A stretch of DNA of 64,000 bases from Octopus vulgaris (lineage: Eukaryota), in assembly GCA_951406725.2 (NCBI GenBank), contig OX597814.1, positions 117,862,001-117,926,000 of the forward strand, given 5' to 3'. The notes below the pieces were generated by a model. The model worked only from the letters and a program-made list of their open reading frames with translations, was not told the origin of the DNA and did no database searches. Below, piece after piece: positions 53,024-64,000 of the stretch; position 1 is the stretch's first letter, and each line of letters starts with the position of its first letter. The translations under genes were made by a program, and so were the position numbers.

Positions 53024-53172
53024 TTAATTTCAGTTATCCGCACCAACGCACGGTTGCAACACCATATGGTTGTACCTCCAACCGTGCTGTTTACTGCTGT
53101 GATTTTTGCTACCAAGGTATCGGTTAAACTTTTGATTAATCTACTACAAGATTATTCATCTTTCTATTTCAC

Positions 53173-53220
<48 letters not shown>

Positions 53221-53440
53221 ATAAGAATATACAAAAAAAATAAAACAAAAGACGAAGATGGGTGTGTAAATAGCAAACATATGTATTAGTTTAACGCTCG
53301 GGAAGAGAGAAAGTCTTTTACCTTTCGTTCCTACGCTCTTCGACACAAAGGAACACAGAAATAAACGGGAAGAGAAAATAGAAAAATGTTTAGTGGCTTG
53401 CAATCTATCATGGCGAATGCCGGACAGAGGGGTGACACAC
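53221..53440 (-). mobile_element. Short repeat next to (TA)n with a decayed HHR-like motif
   Basis: cttt-gtgtcga-a-gagcgtaggaac-GAAA-gg-TA-aaag: same layout as the 33.5-kb motif but with a mutated core. Confidence 0.4.
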
Positions 53441-54475
53441 GAGCGCTGGGAAGAAGGGGAGATAATAGTGTATGTGTGTGTATGAATATATATATATATA
53501 TGTATATATTCACACACACTCACACACACACACACATATATATGCATTTATAGACGAAATATATGGAAACTTTTAAAAATCAAGATATTATTAAAAATCT
53601 ACGCTCAGCCTTTATAGTCACAATAACAGCATGCCTCTTCATATCTTGAATAAGCTGAGGGTTTACCATGATTATTTTCTGAATCAAAGGTTATACAGAG
53701 TAAGCAAAAGAAGCAACAATGACTCCAAAAAACGTATCTCCTCAAATACCTTACGCACACTGTATAAACTAGTATATCTATATTTATCCATCTAACAATC
53801 TCTCTAACTATCAATCTATCTAGCTATATATACATACATATACATACATACATATATTATCACAGACACACACACATATATGAGGAACGCTACTTGTATA
53901 TTTGTGTGCTGCACCATAATTTTGTAGATAAATGAATTACACTTCAGTAATAAAGATACATCTTAATCACAGTATGGTGTTATATTTCAACTAACGACAC
54001 TAAAATCTTGAGCATTGCATATTTTTACGCTTCTCATTTTGTTCTGAGACAATAAAATACTGGGGGAAATCCAAGCTTTTTCAGAATGCCTCAGAGATTA
54101 TCTATATTCAGATACACTTGAAATGTTTTTGTGAAAAAAATCTGATTAGAGTTGTGCAATCAATTTAGGGAAAGATACATATCAATCACGTTATGCATGG
54201 TGTCCAACTAAACTGAGTGTGGTACTGTAATTGTCAGTTTTGACGAACATAAAATGGCGCAGAACCAATTGCTAAAGCAACCACCGCATACACGCAATCG
54301 AAACACAAAAACACTCCTTCATATGCATACGAAGAACACTCATATATGCAAACATGCTAGAGTACACACAAGCGGCAGGTAAAGACACACGTCTAGTTTA
54401 TTAGCATACCACTTATGAGGTATCCTCTATTCGATTCCAAACTATAAAAGAGAGAAGTAAGAATGACACTATGTA

Positions 54476-54537
<62 letters not shown>

Positions 54538-54555
54538 GTGTATGTATGTATATAC

Positions 54556-54743
54556 CTTATAAAATACGGGCAAAAGAAAATGTCTAATGTCAAATATGCC
54601 GAAAATTGTCCGGTAATAACGGAATTTTTAGAAATTTCTATCGGCATTTTTCGAGACGCATACGTTATAATGGTTATTGACAAATTTGCGTTTTTAAGGC
54701 ACATTTGGCATTAGAATTTTTTCTTTTGCCCTTATTTTATAAG
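54556..54743. repeat. MITE-like hairpin with ~45-bp imperfect terminal inverted repeats
   Basis: CTTATAAAATACGGGCAAAAGAAAATGTCTAATGTCAAATATGCC versus GGCACATTTGGCATTAGAATTTTTTCTTTTGCCCTTATTTTATAAG. Confidence 0.65.
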
Positions 54744-54838
54744 TTATTTATAAATTGAACCTTTAAATGTATTTTTTATATGCTGGCCATTGATAAAATT
54801 TTTTCGAAAAAAATTGTATCCTACATTAGTCATATATA

Positions 54839-55015
54839 CATCAAATCGACATTACCTGTACAGGTGGAACGGGTAGCACATGCCAGATGTTGAAATAATC
54901 GCAAAGCAACGTGTTTTGCTCAGGAACACAAGGCAGCACCCGGTCTGGGAATCGAGCCCACGATCTCGCAATCGTAAGTGAATCACACTAACCACTGAGC
55001 CACGCGGCTTATGTA
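54839..55015 (-). mobile_element. tRNA-derived SINE family C, left copy of a head-to-head pair
   Basis: A-box-like TGGCTCAGTGGTTAG and B-box-like GGCTCGATTCCC; reverse complement of 55243-55419. Confidence 0.82.
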
Positions 55016-55075
55016 TATATATATGTATATATGTATTACGTATATGTATATATATAATGTATATATATATATATA

Positions 55076-55198
<123 letters not shown>

Positions 55199-55242
55199 AT
55201 AAAATCCCATAGATTTATTATTGCTTATATATATATATACAT

Positions 55243-55520
55243 TACATAAGGCGCGTGGCTCAGTGGTTGGGGTGTTGCAGTTACGATTGAGAGATCATGG
55301 GCTCGATTCCCAGACCGGGTGCTGCCTTGTGTTCCTGAGCAAAACACGTTGCTTTGCGATTATTTCAACATGTGGCATGTGCTACTCGTTCCACCTGTAC
55401 AGGTAATGTCGATTTGATGGAGAGAGTGAGTTTATGTCTACACAAATAGTTGATCACCATAAACAAATCATCTGCGTGGTTGTTCGGTAAGAAATTATCT
55501 AACTCTCATAGATCGTCCAA
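55243..55520 (+). mobile_element. tRNA-derived SINE family C, right copy
   Basis: GCGCGTGGCTCAGTGGTTGG...GGCTCGATTCCCAGACCGG. Confidence 0.82.
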
Positions 55521-55577
55521 CGAAGAGTTCATCATGCAATGTATGCATAATCTATGTAGAGAGACAGAGATAGAATT

Positions 55578-55628
<51 letters not shown>

Positions 55629-56096
55629 GCGAGATAGACGGAGAAAGAGTTCAAATGCTAGCGGTGTCGACTAAGCCTTTCAACATTTAAGTAGTTAATA
55701 AGCTATGTATCACTTCAGCACTGGATTCGAGGTAGTCGACTGAATCGTAAAAAAATATATGTATGTTTGACTGTGTGTGTGGATTCAGGTTGTACGTATG
55801 CACGTATACATTCAAAAATCATAAAAGCAACAACAAAAGCGGCGTGTCCCGGCAACCAGATCAATTCTTATTTTGCTAGCTTAGCTTGATATACTTCGCT
55901 GATTACATCAATAAAAGATTGAGACATTCGTTGGTTTCTTTGAAAATTAGCTTTTAAAAAGCAGATCCACGCCTAAAAACATTCGACAAACACTGTGCGT
56001 TACATATATGAGATTCTAACAGAAGTAATACAAACACATAGGCACACACACTCAAACACACACACACACATATATATATATAAAAACATAAACACG

Positions 56097-56149
<53 letters not shown>

Positions 56150-56904
56150 TTGTATATATATATGTATATATATATATATATGTATGTATATATATATATA
56201 TGTGTGTGTGAAGATTTGATTGAATCCATGTTTGTATTTAAGTATATTCCTAGCTTTTAATCTCATTACGCAGTTGCGGTTACATGAAAATAAACTACCA
56301 TAGATTTTCATATTTCGTAAATTAATAAGTTGACGTGATTAGTTTTAGATAGCTTTCAAATTAATTTCCTTAACAGAAAACCAATACTGTGACTGTCAAA
56401 GCATTATTAATCACCAAGCAATATTATTTCATCAAAGATTCTTACAGTAGAGAAATTTTTACATTCACTTTACGATTTATTGATAATCATGACACATTAA
56501 TTCTTCAAAAATTGTATAAGTGTATTTTACATGTTATCTCCATTGCAGGTGGGTAATCGGTTAAGTGATGAGGCATGATTAACAAACCCACCAATCCTGC
56601 CCCTTGCTCTCATAATTGTATGAAAATGAATGGCTCGTATATTTCTTCGTCGTGTCATGTATTTACTCTGACGATGTCCGCTAACGTTATATGCGTTTTT
56701 CCTTCCCTGTTCTTATCATTGATTTTCAGCAACACATTTTTTGGTGCGAAATAAGCAGATAGTATTGATTTATATAAATCTTTATGTTTTATATTTTGTC
56801 TTTTACTTGTTTCAGTCAGTAGATTGTGGCCATGCTGGAGCACAACCATCAATGTTTATAGTTGTGTGTGTGTTTGCTTCGAGGATTCGAATAAAATTTC
56901 ACTA

Positions 56905-57310
56905 CATTTTCCAGCTGTGACATCGAGGAAATGACGGCATATATAGCTGATAACGAACACAAACTGAGAGAAGACCATCTGGGTGTTTACAAGACCATTC
57001 CTTCCAGCATTGAAAGTGGAAGGGGACGTTTTTTTCTTTCTGCATCCTCCAGGTAGAACTGGCAAGACATTTGTCATCAACCTTCTTCTGCCTAAACTGC
57101 GCCAAATGAAACATTGCCATAGCAGTGGTGTCAAGTGGAATACCAAGAACCCTGCTTAGTTGTGGCATTTCTGGTACAAGCGCCTACAATTCCCGTTGAA
57201 ACTGGGCTCGGCAATGAGCAATAACAAGGTCCAGGGGCAGTCCTTGGATGTATTGGGTCTGAACCTTACGGAACCAGCTTTCTCTCATGGGCAACTCAAA
57301 GTAATTGTCA
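56905..57310 (+). mobile_element. Helitron RepHel PIF1-like helicase relic, internally deleted
   Basis: FFLHPPGRTGKTFVINLLL..IAIAVVSSGIPRTLL (motifs I/Ia) joined to KRLQFPLKLGSAMSNNKVQGQSL..FSHGQL (motifs V/VI). Confidence 0.85.
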
Positions 57311-57797
57311 CTCTCTTCTTGAGAATCGGTACCAATTTTAAATCAAATTAGCTATTATTGATATTTTTTCTGAGTTTCCCATTATATATCTCCCATTCTC
57401 TTTTTACTTTACTTTGTTTTTTCTCTCACTTACTCAAATAACATCTTACAACAACCAATTGGATGCAGATACTTCGGGAATTGAAGTAATAAGATGGATA
57501 ATGACATGTCATACACATTCAGAACAGCGAGTATGATTACAGAAGGATTGCATTTAATCATAAGTTTTCTTACTAACGGCTGACGTAACATGCAATAAAA
57601 ATATTTCCGACACTAATTATTCATTCATAACATCAAATGTAACTCTACTGATGCCCCCCTCTCTCCCCATTTCTTATATATATTCATACACGCATACATA
57701 CAATAAATTTTCACCCAAACATATATCTATGATTACATATATATACATACATATGTGGCTGTGAGCGCATGGCTGTGTGTCTATTTATGTATGCAAG

Positions 57798-57830
<33 letters not shown>

Positions 57831-58684
57831 GCATATGTATATCTCTTATCCTTTACGTGTTTCAGGTATTATACTGCGGCCATGGTGTGGCACCTCATTA
57901 AAGATTTCTTCTAGTCCAATGACTCGAACCCAATACATTTTTTTGAAGAGGAATAGTACTCGCTTAAGCAAATTGATTTGGTCCTTAAAGGATACTAATA
58001 ATAAGGAATATACAATTACCTAGGAAATAATTTGTAGAGCCAAACCATATCCTAGAGGAAGTAAGCGGTGGAAATTTTGTGTAGATGAAATTGATGAAAT
58101 TCTTACATCAATATACAGAATAATAAACCACGTACGTGAGATCACACTACGATGTCTACATCAGTCCAAGCATATGTTTAATCAATATAAATAATTATGA
58201 TACGTAAAATTAAAATTCAGCAAGTTAAACAGATTATTAAAAAAATATTAAAAAATGATTGTAAATAATTGTAAAAAAAGTTTATAAAATATTATATAAA
58301 GGATAATAAAATAGAGCAAGTAAAAAGATAATTAACTATAAACCCCTACATAAATTAACCCAATTATAAAGAGTGAAAATAATCATAAGCGAATAAAATT
58401 AATGATATCCCTAAAAAATTTAATTCAATTTAAAATTATCAAATTAGATAATCGACCAAGTGCTCATTATTAACAACTGCAAAAACTGTAATAAGACAAG
58501 CCGTAGTGGAGGTGGAAATGACGTAAAGAATACTAACAATAATAAAATCAACAGAATTTAATTAACCAGCAACGAAATATGAATACTATTCCTAAATAAT
58601 GGTATGATAAAACACATTAGTCGTCCACTGACCTACTTTCAGACAGAACTTTTTTTATTATTCTATCGATCAGAGTTGAAAATC

Positions 58685-59090
<406 letters not shown>

Positions 59091-59108
59091 GTGACCTACA
59101 TAATAATG

Positions 59109-59174
<66 letters not shown>

Positions 59175-59320
59175 TCGAAAAATACTTTAGGAATGTAAGC
59201 GCACGTTGGAAATTTCCCCAAGGCACCTAGTAAAGGCTGGAAGGTATATCAACCGAAACATTATCGTAACAACAAACACGATGAGGACAAATATCTGTCA
59301 AATGTAAATAATGTAAATAA
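59091..59320 (+). mobile_element. Inverted, more decayed copy of the 58685-59090 element (HHR core mutated)
   Basis: GTGACCT, (AAT)n, then ATCGAAAAATAC..GGAAATTTCCCCAAGGCACCTAGTAAAGGCTGG..CCGAAACATT. Confidence 0.75.
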
Positions 59321-59601
59321 AGTAAATAAGAGTTGAACATATCAGACTATTTATGGAATGCTAATACAACGCGTATGTATACGTTTAGTTGGACATGTAT
59401 CTAATTCTGATGAAATCTGAAAATGCTGAGAATTGTGCTCTAAAGAAGCAGCATTAGTGGTTAACAACAAAATGCTCACCAGATGCAAAATTTGCACGGT
59501 GCACTGTCTAGCTGCAAAAACATATGTAGGTACGAAATGAAAATAACCGCATTTAACCGGGATATGTATCTGTTCTCCTTAATAGATTTACATATATATA
59601 T

Positions 59602-61434
59602 ATATTGATAATAAGGAGAACGAAGGATTTGGGCATTCAAACATTGTATTTTTTTTCAGTTAGTTTACTCGTAATAATTGTCTGACGAGTGTTTCGATCG
59701 TATTAATTTCATATTGCTGCATATTTTTATGCATCCATTTATGCATTACTAGTCCGATCTCTTCAGGGTGTATAAATATTGCATTGTTCAAAGAGGGATC
59801 TTCCTGCGTCATTAGTCTGAATTAGGCTTAGTAGCAGTAGTAGTAAACCATCATGTCCATTCGATGAACTGTTATTCACATCTGTATGTTTGGTAAAAAT
59901 TCCACTGCACCAGCAGCAATGTTTGCTGAAGTTGGCAAATATTCAGGGACCGTTGGTGAGTTGTTATTTATAATTTTTGTTTGAACAACACTACATTCTT
60001 TATATTCACATCGCTTTCGATGGATTTCACAGTTGGTTATGCTATTAGAATTTTTGCAAAGATTATTAATAGAGGTAGTGGATAATTACTGTTCGGTAGA
60101 CACCACGTGGATAATAAAAAAAAGTAGGCAGGTGTAATTGTTGTAACTTATTGTTTTAACTTGTTTTTAGGTTAAAGTATATATAATCTTAAAAATTGAA
60201 TTCCTTTCTTATATTATTTATATGCACCTTAATCATTACAGTTATTATAGTTATATTTAGAAAGAGGCGTATTGAAATTATGTAAATTAATTCATTCTAC
60301 TTAATTTTTTTTATATAACGAAAACGTTTATATAAACAATTAAAACTTCTTTCTTGTCTAGTTATGCCTAATTCATTTTTTCGAAAAAAATATTTGATAT
60401 AACTCCACAATTATAAATTGCATCTTTCGTTCCTTATTCTGCAATATTTCACAGTACTAATAATTTCTCATGTTAATGAATATTAACTATTTTCATCCTT
60501 AACGACCATATATGCTTATTAAGACTTGTTGAAAATTTTCTAAAATTATTTCAAAACGAACTTTCATAATTTGCTATTCTTCGTTTTATAAAGAATGAGC
60601 TAGCTCCTATATAGTAATATTTATTTTTATGTGTTATGTCTAAGAAGCTTACTAAATTATGTTCTTTTCAATCGATATGCTAAGTCCTAAGTTTTTGAAA
60701 ATTTCGAACAATGTATTCTTCTACATCTCTATTTGAAGGGTTAGTTTGTGTGAAAAGCGCACCATCTCTATGTAGACCTTCGACTAGAGGGTATTCCCTC
60801 TTAATGCTTGCCAGTATATATATCACGAGTAAATCTGTTACTTCAGCCCATAGTTATCTCAAAAATATCTGGTGGCTCTTTCCTAATCCAATTATTATCT
60901 TCAACTTTAATGACTGAATGTCTAGCTACCAAGATAAGAACTACCACATTTCTATTTAGCCCTGAGTTATTAATTGCATACATTAGTAACTTATTAAGTA
61001 GAATAGCGTGAATTGAAGCGTAATGATTTGAGATAGTTATTTGGTGGAATTTAGTATATATTTTAATAGGAATATTATTGAACCATTCAATTCATTCTAA
61101 TGAACAAGACTATAGCTCTAGTCAAATGGTATCCTTAAGAGTAGTGCTGAATTTTATCCAAACAATCAGTTGTGAATAACAGCTCGTCGAATGAACATGA
61201 TGTCTTACTAGTACTGCTACCAAGCCTAATTCAGACTGATAGCGGAGGAAAAGTCCATTTGGAACAACGAAATATTTATAAACCCTGAAGAGATCATACT
61301 AATAATGCATAAATTGATGCATATAAATATGCAATAATATGTAATCAATGCGATGAAAACCTGTGTCAGACAATTATGATGAATGAACGAACCAAGTATG
61401 AAGGTTGAAATTCTTCATCCTCGTTTTATCAATA
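59602..61434 (-). mobile_element. Penelope-like element (Naiad-like RT plus C-terminal GIY-YIG), degenerate, with inverted pseudo-LTRs
   Basis: Minus translation IEWFNNIPIK..WIRKEPPDIFEITMG / AEVTDLLVIYIL..GLHRDG / FKNLGLSISIEKN / VSFLDIT..YYIGASS..KRRIANYESSF*NNFRKFSTSLNKHIWSLR..ERCNL. Diverged ~300-bp inverted repeats at ~59602-59910 and ~61143-61434. Confidence 0.8.
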
Positions 61435-61726
61435 GTGTACTTTACACTCTAAACAACCAGAAAAAACTGTAACATCGGATGGGAGTTGCGGAAATTTACC
61501 ATTAAAGGTACCATCTGAAGGGACCAGCCTTGGCATTTCACATAGAGAAATTCGGTAGCTGCTGCCTTCCTGGAGAGTACATCCTTCCTCTTACTATATA
61601 TATAGTATCTGTAAATCTGTAAACGTAAAACCATCCACATTTCTGAGTACAATTATTTCTTCTAATATATATATACATATATACACATATATATATATGT
61701 GTATATGTATATGTATGTATATACAT

Positions 61727-61830
<104 letters not shown>

Positions 61831-62439
61831 GTGTGTGTATTTATATATTTACGTATAGACATTCACACACACGCACACGCACACACATATATATTGTACT
61901 ATTATTATACGAGTTGTGAGCAGTTGGATGAAGGAAAGTATATAACCCCGTCTAACAGGCGTAAAATTTCGTAAATTATAATCTCGAAAATTTTTCTGAT
62001 TAAATTTTGGATCATATCAATCTTGGTTATATAATCCACAACTTAGATGTTTATCTTTTATTTTAAGTGAAAGACGATTAGGCGATCATTTCTATTTAAG
62101 TATACAATTTGAATAACGAATATTTTATTGATATCAAGCAAAAATACTGACAAGAATTTCTCATGAAAAACGCCCATCATACTTTAATTTCTATCTTCCC
62201 TTATATACACCTTGACTGCTTTTATGAAAATTTAGACACAATTAAATTTTAAATTAGTCTCTAATGGCCAATTAATGCTCTAATTCTTGTTTGTGCTATA
62301 AAGCAATTCTGTACGTAATGCACATACATCCCTGAACTTAATATATTCTAATCAATTGCTTTGATAGAGCTGTCACTTAACGCTACACCCTTTCAGTATT
62401 GATTTCTACCAGGCCTTCGATTTACGGAGAAAAAAGGAG

Positions 62440-62785
62440 ATGAAACTCTTTGATTTTTTTAGATCATTTGTTTCAAGCAGTAATGACATAAGCGAATAGT
62501 CACTTTGTTTACAATGGATAGAGAAAATAGTCGGGGTCATGGAATCATCTCAGTTGTAGTTCTTCTGTGTTATATTGCGCCGAACACTCTATATTTGATT
62601 TCTTTTGACTGTTTAACAACAGCAGCAGAAGCACGTGATTCGCAACAGTCTGATGCATTTCCAAAAATGCATTAAGCACCATAAAGGATGTCAATGATTC
62701 AAATGATGCACAGAGAATGATATAAAGTGGTGCATGTTGCATTAACCAAATGCCAGAATATTTACCGAAAAATTTCATGGTTTAT
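62440..62785 (-). mobile_element. Possible piggyBac transposase C-terminal relic
   Basis: Broken translation ..IFWHLVNATCTT.. followed by RLCHYCLKQ loosely resembles the piggyBac KW..IF..L..N and Cys-rich region. Weak. Confidence 0.3.
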
Positions 62786-64000
62786 GTATTTTTATTTATA
62801 TATAAGAAAGTATGTAAAAACTTAAGAATTATTTGTTATTCATTGATTGGGGACCAATACAAAGTGTAGCAATATTATTATCGTTGCTTATTAGATATTA
62901 CGAAAAATATATATTGTGACGTTAGCATTGTTAATTTCAACGCAAATTCCTTATATCAAAAGTTTCAGCCGAAATACGCAATCGAATATGGATAGAAACT
63001 ATTATTGCCGGATTAATTATATAATGTTTCTGAATCAAACACGACCTCAAAACATTTGAGGGAAGGTTTTATCGGGCAACACATCTTTCATTAATTGATT
63101 GTCATCTTATTTTATCGACCTTAGAAAGATGACGCTACACTTATACTACAATCTTGCATTGTTTCCAGTATCTGGCCACTGCGTTTTATTTCTTAATAAT
63201 TTCATCAATTAGGTATATAGAGGTACCGTGATCCCGCAAAAGTTTTACACTGTATAATGTGATATGTTATTACAACTGCGATTCTCATCTCTTATTTCTA
63301 AGCAAAAATCATAAGTGGATAGGGGCCAGAAAGATACACATTATTTTCATTCGCTCCATGCATATGTTTGGTAATGAACTACAGCCGCTATAGATGCTCC
63401 TTTTTCCTTGTAGGTGGTTGGGTTAATTATCAAATGAGTAAGCTGTTAACATTGTTTTGTGTTCGCTGCAATGGGCACTTGTGATTAGATTGTACTTGAA
63501 AAGTATATCTTTCTTTTGACATACTAGCGTATATCTTCATCGTTGCGGCAGCCTATATGACGCAGGCAATATGTCTAGGATAGAAAGACGCAAGCATTGT
63601 GGAAACGGCAATGGCCCAGCGTGAAGAAGGTGCGTTTGAGTGCACACGTACATGTATCAGCATCTGTGACGGGTGGGGTGTAATCATATGTACGCAGTTA
63701 TGTGATTCTTTTTCTAGTAAAATATACCCGGTATTGTTAGTATACTATTATATTTAAGCCGCTCGCGTGCGTCTGGGTACGGAACTTTATTTACTTATCT
63801 CTATGTGTGCAGATATGCATTCGTTTATTCTTATATTTGTCTCAATCACATGCACAAACAGACACAGAAGCAGGCACACATATACATACGTACATATATA
63901 TATATACATACATGCATACATACACCAACTCACAAATACACAAATCCATACACACACACACACACACATACACACACACACGCGCACGCACGCACACACA

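Overview
Eukaryotic, AT-rich, microsatellite-dense DNA. The SINE families and (TA)n/(TAA)n/(CA)n load suggest an octopod cephalopod; this is inferred and unchecked. Only one host gene is evident: a GT31-family beta-1,3-galactosyltransferase on the minus strand, with its CDS in one exon (probable ATG 24332, stop 23100) and three uORFs in the leader. Bases ~0.8-11.4 kb are a same-orientation stack of R4/Dong-type RLE non-LTR retrotransposons separated by (TAA)n, including one nearly intact 2.8-kb copy. Two copies of a ~555-bp non-coding element sit in the same target. The rest holds tRNA-derived SINEs and relics of RTE, CR1, mariner, Helitron and Penelope-like elements (PLE). The most interesting signal is a set of minimal type I hammerhead ribozyme (HHR) motifs from several unrelated short repeat families in 33-61 kb, mostly inside (TA)n tracts. 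They include a retrozyme-like tandem twin HHR (428-nt monomer, 49372-50094), an HHR fold-back (52701-53023), and a composite of tRNA-like head, (AAT)n and HHR (58685-59320). Most entries in the ORF track are microsatellite artefacts. Boundaries were read by eye and are approximate.
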